In this document: positions 1-12,000 of the stretch, piece by piece | How positions within the stretch are numbered: position 1 is the stretch's first letter | Layout of the letters: the number at the start of each line of letters is the position of its first letter | DNA from: Chiloscyllium plagiosum | Taxonomy: Eukaryota | Direction of reading: 5' to 3' | DNA length: 59,386 bases | Assembly (NCBI RefSeq): GCF_004010195.1 | Contig: NC_057758.1 | Location: forward strand, 3,990,809-4,050,194 | Translations under genes and position numbers: made by a program | The notes under the pieces: model-generated | Told to the model about the DNA's origin: nothing | Databases searched by the model: none | What the model saw: only the letters and a program-made list of their open reading frames with translations

Positions 1-37
1 TACCTTCAATCCAATTTTGTATCCAAATATCTTTTTA

Positions 38-411
38 TCGCTGTATTCCATGCAATGTTACTGTACTTAACAGTCTACCATGACAAACCCTGTTGAACGC
101 CCTACAGAAATCTGAAAATGCAATGACCACAGGTGTGTGCGTGTGTGTGCGTGCGTGTGTTTTGGAATGTGGGTGAGATAGGTAAGTAACTTGATGTATC
201 CATCCCAGGATTTCCAAGAACACGTCGCTGTATTCCATGCAATGTTACTGTACTTAACAGTCTACCATGACAAACCCTGTTGAACGCCCTACAGAAATCT
301 GAAAATGCAATGACCACAGGTGTGTGCGTGTGTGTGCGTGCGTGTGTTTTGGAATGTGGGTGAGATAGGTAAGTAACTTGATGTATCCATCCCAGGATTT
401 CCAAGAACACG
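38..411 (+). repeat. Perfect 187-bp tandem duplication containing a CR1 RT fragment (minus strand) and a (TG/CG)n microsatellite
   Basis: Unit TCGCTGTATTCC...AAGAACACG at 38-224 recurs identically at 225-411. The minus-strand translation DFCRAFNRVCHGRLL...LHGIQ resembles the CR1 RT motif DFxKAFDKVPHxRLL. Confidence 0.9.
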
Positions 412-789
412 TCCCCAACCTCCGCTTAACCCAGGAGCAGTTTGTGAGGGAACCCTGATTTATCAAGGAGCTGGTCACAGAGCGGTGTCACCTCCTGCAA
501 CACGACTTGCAGCTTCACACCAGGGGGAGGATAGTGCTAAAATCAGTTTCATTCAGTTTCGAATATCCGGAAATGGCCTGGCACGTATGGGTAACAGATC
601 AATCATCTCCCATGATGCTTAAATCAATGTTGGAGGATATATATTGCGGAGTAGGTTAATGCAATGCACTCTCTCTCAGCAGGGAGCAACCCAGTGTATG
701 CTTGTTTTCCCAGTATAGCGGTACTCACGATCATATACATGGACCTATGTGGTCCACATGTCATCGCGGAGAAGTAGAGGGACTGAAGG

Positions 790-1138
790 ATCTCTCAGTG
801 ATTATCACTGCTGTCTCACAGCACCAGGATTCCAGGTTCGATTCCAGCCTTGGGCGACTATCTGTGTGGAGTTTGCACATGCTCCCATATCTGCATGGGT
901 TTCCAGAGGGTGCTCCGGTTTGCTCCCACAGTCCAAAGATGTGCAGGCCAGTTCAATTGGCCATGCTAAATTGTCCATAGTGTTAGATGCATCAGTCAGA
1001 GGGAAATGGGTCTAGGTGGGTGACTCTTGGTGGGGGTGGGGTGGGGGGGGGTGTCAGTGTGGACATGTTGGGACGAAGGACTTGTTTCCACGCTGTAGAG
1101 AATCTAATATAATCTATTATAATCTAATAGAATCTAAT
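790..1138 (+). mobile_element. tRNA-derived V-SINE (HE1-like), 5'-eroded
   Basis: B-box GGTTCGATTCC, V-domain-like TGTGTGGAGTTTGCACATGCTCCC...GCTCCGGTTTGCTCCCACAGTCCAAAGATGTGCAGG, and a tail of AATCT-like repeats. Confidence 0.85.
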
Positions 1139-1824
1139 GTTGCAATGTGCTCATGCATGGCACGTCGTGTTGGTGAATACCCACAGTCCGAAAAACAGCC
1201 AGAGCCTCTTCATTTAGAAACAGTCAGCCATTCCCAACGGCTTCATGTCTTCACTTGCAAGGAAAAAATGGCCTTTCAGATTGACATCATATCCTTAATA
1301 CTTGAAACACCCCCCTGCTCATCACTTGCCACTGAGAGAAATGGGACAACTGAGAACATGACAGAGCAGTCCATCAGATTTTGCAAAACTTCCGAAGTCT
1401 GACTGGTAAGAGTGAATCTTTCAGTTCACACTGTATCACGAATGCTGCTATCTCTCTCCCTTTCACTCACATGCTGCCTCACATTCGTCCTGAAACTAAA
1501 ATGACATGGGATATGTCATGTTATATTCGATCTTCCAAACTTTTACCCGCTGTCTTCACCTCCAAGTATTCATTTGGACACTCTGCATCTTCTCTGAATG
1601 ATATAATTGTCTGTTTACCTTAACGTCATCGCCTAATATAGTTGCAGTGCATTTTTGCTAAATCATTGATACCGATTCCAAACAGCTGAACACCCAATAC
1701 TGCTTACTGTGTGACTTGACATGATATATTCTGTCAAATTGATCAAGGATGATTTATTTCGAGTTTCTGATTGCTGTTTGGTACCAATTCCTACCGCATT
1801 CGCATGTCACACAGTCAAGTTTCT

Positions 1825-2600
1825 TATCGACATTCATGATTTGAATGAGGATGTACAAGGCATGATTCGTAAGTTGCTGATGAAACTAAAGTAGATGATA
1901 CCATCGAAAGTTCGGAAGGTTATCAGAAATTATAGCAAGATCTTGATCAACTGGGCAAATCGGCCGAGTAATGCAAAATGGAATTTCGTGTAGATAAGTG
2001 AGAGGCATTGTGTTTTGGCACCTCAAATAAAGGTAGGAATTTTATGGTCAATGTTCGGACCTGAAGGAGTGTACCAGAATAGTGGGACCATGGAGTTTAG
2101 GTTCACAGTTCTCTTAAAGTGGAGTCACAGATCGGTAGAGCAGTGAGGACGGCCTTTGGCAGACTGACCTTCATCGATCAGGGCACTGAGTACAGAAATT
2201 GCACAATTATGTTAGAGCTAAAAAAAGACGTTAATGAGGACGAACTCGGAGTATAAGTGTTCAAGTTGGGTCACCATGCTGTCGAAAGGATGTCATTAAA
2301 CTGGAAAGAGTACAGAAGAAATTTGCAAAAATGTTGCCAGGACTCAACACTCTCATTTGTAGAGAGAGTTTGGATAAACTCGGACATTTTTCCATATTTT
2401 GTTGGAGACTGTGTGAGGTCCTCATAGAAGTGTATCAGGTCATGAGGGGCCTGGATAGACTGAATGCACTCATCATTTTTCACAGCATTGGGAACCGAGG
2501 GTGAGCGGGCATAAGTTTAAGGTTAGAGTGGAAAGAGTAAAATGGAAACTGAGGCGCAATTGTTTTGCAACGAGTGTGCTACGCATATGGAATGAACACA
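1825..2600 (+). mobile_element. Degenerate CR1 LINE ORF2 fragment (RT to C-terminal region)
   Basis: Decayed DLxEDVQGMIxK(F)ADxTKV, L.KVQKKFAKMLPGL and RVSGHKFKV segments with many stops and frameshifts. Confidence 0.85.
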
Positions 2601-3360
2601 AATCCACGAGGTAAAATTTTATTTCACATACCTTTCTAGATTGCTCTCTGCTCTCTCGCATTCAGGTCCGCCCCGAGTCAAGTGGACCCCTCTGACACCT
2701 GTCTTTCAATTAGTCTTATTTGTGAACTTGAACTTGATATTGAGTCCAGAGTGTTGCAAATTCTCTCAGCAGAATATTAGGTGTTTCTTTTCCAAATGAT
2801 GGTGAGCTTCGCTGAAGCACTGGACTAAGCCTGAGAAAGATGATGGACAGCGAATAGGTTCGTGTGTGCAAGTGTAAGACAGCTGAAAGCTCTGGTTCAC
2901 TTTTGCGGGTAGAACTTAGAGGCTCTATGAAGTAGCCATGCAGTCTGGTGCCCTGACCTGTGAATTGATCATCGGAGGAAAATGACAGTTTTTTTTTCCA
3001 GAACCAAGGGGTTAAAAGTAAACGATAATTGGGGAGAAATCCCAAAGAGAGAGAAGAACAGTTAGACGGAAAAAGGAGTGGAACAATCTATGGAGCGTTC
3101 TTCAACTGATGGTATTAGTCACTGGCCAAAAGTCAGTGAATTGACCAAAAGGCATGATTCTCAAGAAAGACATCACGTTGCAGGGAGAAGGACACATTGT
3201 TTCGAAGTACATTCAGGCAGTTAAAGGAGTGAACGTTTTTGTTTGTGTTTACGTTTCTTCTGGACAGAATGGCCACCACAACTTAGACTGAAAGACAGGA
3301 ACTTCCAACCTCCGTTTGTCTGGAAGGAAACGGTTGTACCGTTCAGAACCGTTAAGGACA

Positions 3361-3720
3361 ATTTTCACTTTTCCTGTCAGGAAATGTAAAGAAATAACCT
3401 TTGTTTACTTGCAAGTGATAGAGTGTGTGACAGTGTCTTAGAAACTATATGTTCTTATGAATGTTCNNNNNNNNNNNNNNNNNNNNNNNNNNNNNNNNNN
3501 NNNNNNNNNNNNNNNNNNNNNNNNNNNNNNNNNNNNNNNNNNNNNNNNNNNNNNNNNNNNNNNNNNNNNNNNNNNNNNNNNNNNNNNNNNNNNNNNNNNN
3601 NNNNNNNNNNNNNNATTTTCACTTTTCCTGTCAGGAAATGTAAAGAAGTAACCTTTGTTTACTTACAAGTGATCGAGTGTGTGACCATGTCTGAGAAAAT
3701 ATATGTTCTTATGAATGTTC
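3361..3720. repeat. 106-bp direct repeat flanking an assembly gap (N 3467-3614)
   Basis: 3361-3466 and 3615-3720 are the same 106-bp sequence with 7 counted substitutions. Confidence 0.9.
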
Positions 3721-3926
3721 GTCTCCGTGTTTGGGAAAGGAGAAATTCTTGTATTTATGTCACATCTCTAAAGTAATTCAGACATTGTGCTGTGTTATGA
3801 CAGCTCCAATAATTTCAATAGATCTTTAAATACAGTGAGCCATTTGAAATCTGACTCTGTCCACAATAAAACTGATAACTTTACCTCCAGGATGATGCAT
3901 AATTTCTTTGTTTACCTTCTTTACAG

Positions 3927-4834
3927 TTACCAGAGTGACAATCTTCATCCTGCTTCATAAAGATTGTGGATTGTCTCCCTGTGTCAGTCGTTACCTGGGG
4001 GCCATGGCAGTGGCGGATCTACTGGTCATTATCCTCGATCTGATATTGAGACACATTCCCATTATTTATTGGGAAGAGTTTACTTTCCTGTGGTACATAC
4101 ATGTGTGTAATATCCACGCCGTCCTGCTTTATGCAGCAACTGACTGTTCTGTCTGGTTCACAGTCACTTTCACCTTTGATCGGTTTGTAGCCATTTGTTG
4201 CCAGAACCTGAAAAGTAAATACTGCAGTGAGAAAACGGCGGCTGTGGTTCTTGGAACAGTGACTGTGCTGAGCTGCTTAAAGAACATTTTCTGGTATTTC
4301 ATGCTGTTAGGGCTGTATAGTCTGGATAACATTCCCTGGTTTTGTCACACAACAAGCAGTGTTCAATCCTCTCGTGTCTGGACTGCAATCGAGTTCCTCC
4401 ATCACGTCCTAAACCCGGCTCTTCCATTTCTCCTGATTGTACTACTCAATATTTTCACCGTCAGACACATTTTAGTGACCAGCAGAGCCCGCAAGAGACT
4501 GCGTGCTCACACAAATGGGGACGGTCAGTGTGATACAGAAATGCGAAATCGACAAAGATCCATAATTTTGCTGTTTGTGATCTCGGGCAATTTCATCTTG
4601 TTATGGTCAATGCTGATGGTGTACTCTATATGGAACCGGATGTGGTATTTCGGGTATAGGTCTGTGTATGTCTATCCATTTGTGCAGGAATTAGGCTTCA
4701 TGCTGCAGCTCCTCAGTTGCTGCACAAACACAGCGATATATGCTGTGACCCAGAAAAAGTTCAGACATCAGTTGAAGAATGTTCTGAAGTATCCCTTTAT
4801 TCAAATTCATAAATCAATCCAATTCACTCATTAA
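3927..4834 (+). CDS. GPR139/GPR142-like class A orphan GPCR, coding exon 2 (end of TM1 to stop); exon 1 not found in window
   Basis: Open frame with YLGAMAVADLLVI (TM2), C...SVWFTVTFTFDRFVAIC (TM3), TM5 NPALPFLLIVLLN, TM6 FILLW, TM7 LSCCTNTAIY and helix 8 KKFR. A polypyrimidine tract plus CAG acceptor (AG at 3925-3926) gives a phase-1 exon start, matching the two-exon layout of the GPR139 family. The ORF-track TTG start is intronic. Confidence 0.9.
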
Positions 4835-5451
4835 TCAATCAATTCAGGATTTTCATATTTCAATTCAATGTTTCAGCAGTGAAGCAGCTTGTCAATATGG
4901 TAATAGACTGAGGACAGTACTGGTTTGTCCATCCTTATCCTCTGACAGGTGCTTACAGGGGTATATCTCAGCGTTTCTCTCAACTCAGGAGCCAGCCAGG
5001 CAAGGCACTGCTCTCACCTGACTGTATCCATAACTTCCAACTCGTAACTGATTAAAACGTTCATTAAAAAGTGTCAAGCAGTCGAGTTTGTCTTTGCTTT
5101 GAAGACGTTGAGCTGGAGATTCTAACCCATGTCCTTGTCATCCGAGAAGGGGATGGAACCGGATGGGACACCTGAATTCTGTTTAAGTCATTCTGTCCTT
5201 GCTTTCACCTCTGTGTTAAACACCCCGTCCTGTCCTCAGCAGAATTCAACTTTCTCTCTGTTCCCCTCCATTCATATCTTTCTCCCATTCTCACAATTTC
5301 TCTCATTTGTACTCACTGCACCTCCTATTTTGTAATTGCTGTTCACTGTATCTCCCTCCCCCATTCTCATTCACTGTCTCTTCGTCATGCTCTCCCTGTA
5401 CCTCCTCCATTCTCTCTCTTTCAAATCCTGTCCACCTCCAACTCCCTCTTT

Positions 5452-7270
5452 GCTTCTGTTACTGGAGAAACAGGGTGCGATAACGTTTGCAATCTGTTGT
5501 TGGGGAACAGAACGGGATGCACATATAGAGTGTGGGGTTTCGTCAAAATGCAATTGCTCGTGGACTCTGTATGTGAGACCAATGGATGTTACTAGGGCAA
5601 AGGGTGGCCGTCGGGCAATATTCCTGTGAATGCAACACAATGTGTGCAACTACTGTTTGTTGCTGTGGAAACAGAATGGTTATGAGTTCACAGGCAGTTT
5701 CTACTGGGTTAGAGTGAAAATGTTTTCAGAGGCGGTTGCTCGGAGAATAAAGCAGGGACGCGCTCAAATTAGAGATGCTATTGTTATGGGAAAAGTATAT
5801 ACGTGGAACAACTTGGCTTTCGTAGGTGTTCACGGGGATGGTTTTGACAATGGACTATTCCGAGGGAAAATTATGTGGAAGTGGACAAAGCCTGTTTTTA
5901 ATGCAACAGTGTAGTGGTGGTCCAGCAGCCAGTTATTAGGGCAAGAAAAGCAGGTGTAAGATCATGAACCCTTGTCAGAGAAACAGTGTGGTGGTGGGAC
6001 TGACGGATGTTGTCTTTGGAAGAATGTGGGATGGGCCCACATTCCGTTGCCAGGGGAAAATAATTAGTGTTCGACCACTGTCCTTTGCAGGGGGGCAGAG
6101 TGGCTATGTGCACAAAGGCCGTTGAGTAGAGAAAGGGTTGGGGAAAGGTGGACAGACGATTGCTGGGTGAATAGAATGAGGAATGTTTCACAAGCTTTTG
6201 TCATTGGAACAGATTGGGTACAGATTCTCAGGCCATTGCTGACAGGAAAGCAAGGTAGTGAGAGCATAAACTTTGCAAAGGATAACAGAGGGAGCTGATG
6301 ACGTTGGGTGTTCATGTGGGATCAGAGCAGCGGTGCAACAATTGCTAGTTGCTCGGCAGTCGAAATGGATATATGACTACAAAAGGAATAGAAAGGTGAT
6401 GGATCCAGCAGTCTTTGCTAAGAGAGAAGATTAGATGCAGAATCACTGGCTGGTGTTTCAAGAATAGGTTGTGGTTAGGTCCACAGTCCGTTGCTAGGGG
6501 AAGAGTGTGAGCGTGAGAATGCAGTCTGTTGTTGGGGGAGCAGCGTGGAAACATTGCAGCAAGCCTTTGCTCACGGAACAGAGAGGGTGTTTGGCTGGAA
6601 ACCATTGTGAAGCAAAATAGTAGTCGTTTAAGCCTCCTTCTGTGTCCAGGGGAACACTGTGTTAACGGGGTCATACACTGATGCTATGAGAAAGGTTGAT
6701 CAGGTGGTTTCAAAGGTTTTGCTTTGGAATAGTGTGGGTGCATTGCCACAATCCTTTCTGAAGGAGGAAGTGTGGGTGGAATTAGAGCCGACTGTACAGG
6801 CTGTGGTGCTGCAGGCCTCTGCTTGGGAAAAGGTTGAGAATAGGCCACATTGTGTTGCTCGTTAAGCAGAATCGGAAGGTTCTGCAGGTATGTAGCCTGA
6901 GATCCGAGTCGGGTTGGACTACTGACCTTTCATTGGGGAAAGTAAGGGAGTGGAACCATTGATCATTGATAAAGAACAGAGTACAGACGCTACACAAGCC
7001 AATTCTGAGGGAACAGATTTTGTATGTGACTATTATGCTGCTGTGGGAACAGAGGGGTAGGGTTACAGACCGTTGCTAGGGGAACATTGTGTGTGGGACA
7101 ACTGACTGTTGCTATGGCAAGTGAGATGGGGTGGAGTAGGAGGCCATTGATATTGGACGAATTATGTGGTAGGCCAAAGGTCCATTCCCAGAGGATTAGA
7201 GGGGGTAGTGTGACCGGGCGTTGCTCGCAGAACAGAGTAGGCTTTGGGTGAGATAACTCCACAGAGATCA
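5452..7270 (+). repeat. Highly degenerate ~38-bp-period tandem array (~48 units)
   Basis: A core TTG(C) of approximate consensus GCCGTTGCTRGGGGAACAGAGTGGG recurs at 5459, 5497; 5933, 5972, 6010, 6047, 6085, 6122, 6160, 6198, 6236, 6273; 6491, 6529, 6567, 6605; 7073, 7109, 7147, 7221. Spacing within runs is 36-39 bp or multiples of it. Confidence 0.8.
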
Positions 7271-7664
7271 TCATTCCCAGATAGTTGGAAAAAAAAGAAC
7301 CTGACTCAATGCTGCCCTTTGGTGAGAAATTCTACCATCCTCACCTGATATCCACACATGTACAGAAATTCAAGGCGTTGTTCCTTCATTTTAGCCTTGA
7401 TATGTTTCAGAGCATTGTTAGATATTTAGATGATGATTCTAGCCTTACATCCAAAAACAGCAAGAAACTTTTATATCTATCCCAGTGCTTTGTATTATTG
7501 CCACAAAACTTCAATTCTATCCCACCCTTAACTAATGCAACCGTGTGTTTGTGTCATTTTACTGCCTTGCCATTGAATATTTGCTGTCCATCCACCATTC
7601 TTTCTTGTCTTTCCCTGTTTATAAGATGAGTGAGACTAGGTGTATCGGGCTGCTTCAAGTCACG

Positions 7665-8120
7665 TTGGATTGAAGTATGTAGAGAGATTGGTCAGGTGAG
7701 GATTACTTTCACTGGAGTTCAGTGAGTGAGGGAGGGTATCATAAAGTCTGATAATTTTTCTAACATGACTAGACAGGGCAGATGCAGAGAGGCTGTTCCT
7801 AATGGTGCATATGTCCAGATCCAGGGGTTACTGCCTGAAGATTCAAGGTAAGCCATTTATGATCGAGATGAGGAGGCATTTCGTCACCCAAATAATGGTA
7901 GACCTCTGGAATTCATTATCACAGGAAGTATTTGATTCCAGAACACTGTATGTTTTCAAGAGGCCGTTAGATGTAGCACTTAGTGCAAATGGGCTGAAAG
8001 GTTATGTGGAGAAATGAAGGGTCAGGCTATTGAGCTTGAAGATCAGTAACGGACGTGATGAATAACGGTGACAGTCGGAAAGGACGTATTGCCTCCTCCT
8101 TCTCCTATCTTCTATGTTCC
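7665..8120 (+). mobile_element. CR1 LINE 3' fragment
   Basis: SRSRGYCLKIQGKPFMIEMRRHFVTQIMVDLWNSL (CR1 C-terminus) followed by a CCTATCTTCTATGTTCC tail. Confidence 0.85.
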
Positions 8121-8844
8121 TCTGATATCAGTGTTGTGCTAGCATGAAATGGCTGCTGTGACCAAACTTTAAATAGTTGACTGACACCTTCTAATTACTC
8201 GTCCTGGTTTGCAGATGAAAACGTACCTTACTTTTTGTATGTCTCTCAGCCTCCTGCAGATGAATCTGAGCGAGATGTGAGCTGGTTCTTGGTTTAGAAT
8301 TAGAAGGGACAATATAAACTCAATATTAAAGATTTAAACTGGGTGAAGGAACAGAGAAACCTTCAGTTTGGTTGTGTAAATCTGACAGCACACGTGAGAG
8401 GCAAATGTGACAAAAGGTGTATTCTTTCAGACATTCCTGCCTTGCAAAGATATCAGTCTGAAATGGAGAAGCAGGATATGTATAAATCTGTTAGTAATAA
8501 TGTGCAAGTTTCGATTGACGAAGATAAAAATTCCTGAATATATTTGAAGTTACTGTTCTGTGAGAATTAGACGTTTCAGCAGATCCTGCTTACTTCTCAA
8601 GCTTCAAACAGACAGAGCGACATACATGCACAAAACGTGACATTTCAGGCCATCCACTGAATAATAGGTGTAGAACCTTGTTCAGGATCTGTCTCAGAAT
8701 TTACCTCGTCTCCGCCTTGTTTTATGCAGAAAACATAATTTTATCAAAAAAAAACACACATTTGCTTCAAATGTTCTGCATTTAAAAGGAAGCAGAATTG
8801 ACAATAAACGAATGCCTGGAGCATTTGGTCCAATTTAGGGAGTG

Positions 8845-10170
8845 GATGTGACAGTGAGGGATCGAATGTGACTGTGACCGAGCGGCTGTAACTGGGGGAG
8901 TGAGTGAGACATTGTGGGACAGAGTATGACTGTAAGGAACTGAGCAAGAGAGTGCGATATTCAGTGCGAAATAGAGGGAGTGACTGAGACTGAAGGAGTG
9001 AGTGATACTGTGAGCGTGTGAGTGAGAATGACGGAGTGACTGTGAAATTGAGCGAGGATGTCTGACAGTAGAGGAGGCAGAGTGACGGAGTGAGTAAGAC
9101 TGTGTGGGATTCAGCATGGAATGTTGGAATCAGTGAGACTGTGTGAGTGAATAAGGCTGTGAGTGAGTGCAACACCGAAGGAGCCAGTTTGACAGTGGGG
9201 GTTGAGAGCAACAGTGGAGGAGTGAGTGTGACAGTGTGGAAGTGGCGACACTGTGAGTGAATGAGAGTGGGAGCGCCGTAATCAGGGCGACAGCGAGAAA
9301 ATCATTATGACAGTGAGGAAACAGTGAAATTGTGAGGGAGTGAGACTGTGTCAGAATCAGTGAGATAGTGAGGAAGTGACTTTGAGGGAGTCAGTTTGTC
9401 TGCGAGGGAGTCAGTGTTTTGGCGGTAAAGTCAGCGTGACTGTGAGGGAGTCAGTGCATCTGCAGTAATGTCGGTGTGCTTGTGAGAGTGTCAGTGCATT
9501 TCCGAGGAGTCGGTGTTCCTGTGAGGGAATCAGTGTGACAGTGAGGGAGTCAGTGTGATTGTGAGGAATTCAGTGTAACATAACTGTGAGAGATTCAATG
9601 TATCTGACAGGGACTCGGTGCGATTTTGGTGCAGTTAGTGAGTCCACGATAATTTCTGAATGATTGTGAGGGAGTCATACTCTCTACGAGGGAATCATTG
9701 TGTCTGTGGAGGGTATCGGTGTGTCTGTGCGCAATTCAGTTTGTCTCTGAACAAGTAAGAGAGGCACATCGAGAACAAAGTGTGAGGGAGAATGTGTGAG
9801 GGGGAGTGCGTGAGAGAGTGCGAAGGACAGAGTGTGAGACAGAGAGCATGTGACTGTGTGACAAAGTTTGAGGGATAATGTGTGTGGGAGATGCTTTTTT
9901 AGTGTCTCTGTGTGTTAGAGACAGTGTCTATGCGTGTGTTTAAGAATGCTAATACGTATATGTGTGCATGTGTGTGAGAAAGGGAGAAAGAGAGGGAGAG
10001 AGTTTCAGGGAGTTAGTCATTGTTTGTATTTGACTGAGAGAGTGCTATGAGTGCGTGAAATTTATGTGTGAGATTGATTGACTGTGGGTGATGGTGAGTG
10101 TGTAATAATGCACACGTATGAGTGTGACTGCATGCAGACAGTGTCACAGAGAGACTGTGAGAGCGAGACT
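8845..10170 (+). repeat. GA/GT-rich low-complexity tract with an internal 20-bp minisatellite (GAGGGAGTCAGTGTGACTGT) at ~9384-9750
   Basis: Successive GAGGGAGTCAGT units at 20-bp spacing; strong purine and GT strand bias. Confidence 0.85.
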
Positions 10171-11049
10171 CTCTCAAAGGATACTCAATAGTAGGGAAAA
10201 TCTCAACTAGAGAGATTCCTAACAAGACATCCTTATGTACCTGATACAATCTGTTGGCATCTCCACGCTGCCTCCACCGTCATGTAAATTTGTGACAACA
10301 TTAATCCTTCTGGGCAATAATGTTTAATACTTTCATCTTATTTTTAACAGGAACATTCATTTTTTTGTCTATTCTTTGTACAAACATGAATCATATTTCA
10401 CCATGTGATACTTCATCTCCGAATTCTTTCAATATAATTCGTACGACATTTTCTGCAACGTAGACGCTATGATTAGATGTGATGAACTGTACTCTCAGTA
10501 CTTTCATTTTGCAACTTCATAATATCCAGTCAGAAAACTGCCATCTGTCATGGATACCCCTTTATGGGTCTGGAAGTTTGGACTCAGCTTGGAAAGAGAC
10601 TTTTAAACTGTCTCTGAGTTCGTTTGGAAATCGCTGCTCCAGAGGGATGTCTGTTCACACTATTCGATTTGACATTTACGTTTCCAATAAGTGAACATGT
10701 CCACAGCAAGTTACAGCCTCTTCGGTCGCCCTCACACTTTATTTTCCAACCAACATGAGTCTTGTCAGTGAATGGAGGAGCATTGCACTTGTTCCATTTG
10801 GCAAAATAATTGACAGTGTTTGTAAATGGCTGTGACTTTAACAGAGACGCTTCAAGAAACCCCCAGGAGTACCAGCTCACAAAGCTGGAAATAAACCACT
10901 GAGTTGGTAGAAATGCAGAGGCATGGGACTGAGGGCAATTTGGCAGTTTGGATTGGAAACTGGATTTTGAAAAAACGCAGCAAGTTGTAGTTGATGTGAA
11001 ATATTCAGCTTGAAGTCTATGTATTAGTGGGGTATGACATAGAATTATT

Positions 11050-12000
11050 TTGGGACCAATGTTGTTTGTTATTTTTTATAAATGACTTCGACGCAGGCAT
11101 AGGTGGATGGGTTAGTTAGTTTGCGGATAACACTAAAGGCTGTGGAATAGTGGACAGTGTGGAAGAATTTTGCAGGTTGCAGGGGGACTTGGATAAACTG
11201 CAGAACTGGGCTGAGAATTGGCAAATAAAGTTCAATGCGGCTAAATGTGAGGTAAATCACTTGGGATGAATAACAAGAAGACAGAAAACTAGGTCAATGG
11301 AAAGATTCTTGGTAATGTGGATGTGCAAAGGGATCTTGGAGTCCATGTGCAAAGATCCCTGAAATTTGCCACCCAGATTTACCGTGCTATCAAGAATACA
11401 TACGGTGTGTCAGGCTTTATTGGTAGAGGGATTGAGATGCGGAGCTGTAATGTCATGCTGAAACTATACAAAACGCTCGTGCGGATTCACTTGGAACGTT
11501 GTGTTCTGTTCTGGTCGCCCCATTCCAGGAAGGATGTGAAAGCATTGGAAAAGGTGCTAAGGAGATTTTAGAGGATGTTACCTACTCTAGGGGCAGGTCT
11601 TATGAGAAATGTCTGACAGACTTGCATCTTTTCTCATTGGAAAGAGAAGGGTAAGAGGGGATTTGATAGAGAGATACAAGATCATCAGTGGATTAGATAG
11701 GGTCGACCGTGAAAGTTTTTTTTCTAGTCAAATGATGTCAGCTTGCAATTTGAGGGGTTATAGATTTCAGACAGATGTCAGAGGCAGGTTCTGTACTCAG
11801 AGTGGTCAGGCCGTGGAATACCCTGCCTGCCAATGTAGTCCACTCAGCCAAATTATGAAGTTTTAAACAGGCCTTAGATAAGCACATGGATAATGATGGG
11901 GTATGATAGGGGGGATGAGCATAGATTACATCACATGTCGGTGTAACAGTGAGGGCCGAAGGCCCTGTTCTGCGCTCTATTGTTCTATGTTCTATGTTTT
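11050..12000 (+). mobile_element. CR1 LINE 3' fragment
   Basis: LGPMLF.....NDFDAGIGGWVS*FADNTK, QRDLGVHV, LYKTLVRIHLE; ends in a TTCTATG repeat tail. Confidence 0.9.

Noticed and set aside
1341..1411. G/GTAAGA donor at ~1406 as GPCR exon 1
   Set aside because: The matching frame has an upstream stop (1351-1353), no ATG and no hydrophobic TM1 sequence.
3908..3926. TTG start of the 308-aa ORF (and 59330-59348 on the minus strand) as the true GPCR start
   Set aside because: This is the polypyrimidine tract and acceptor; the protein would lack its N-terminus and half of TM1. The nearby ATGs at 3892-3897 are out of frame.
5452..7270. CRISPR-like array suggested by regular spacing
   Set aside because: There is no invariant repeat with unique spacers, the whole unit is degenerate, no cas genes are present and the context is vertebrate.
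8744..9211. Ser/His/Thr/Leu-rich ORFs on the minus strand
   Set aside because: They are translations of low-complexity CT/CA repeat, and the mirrored region is interrupted by a CR1.
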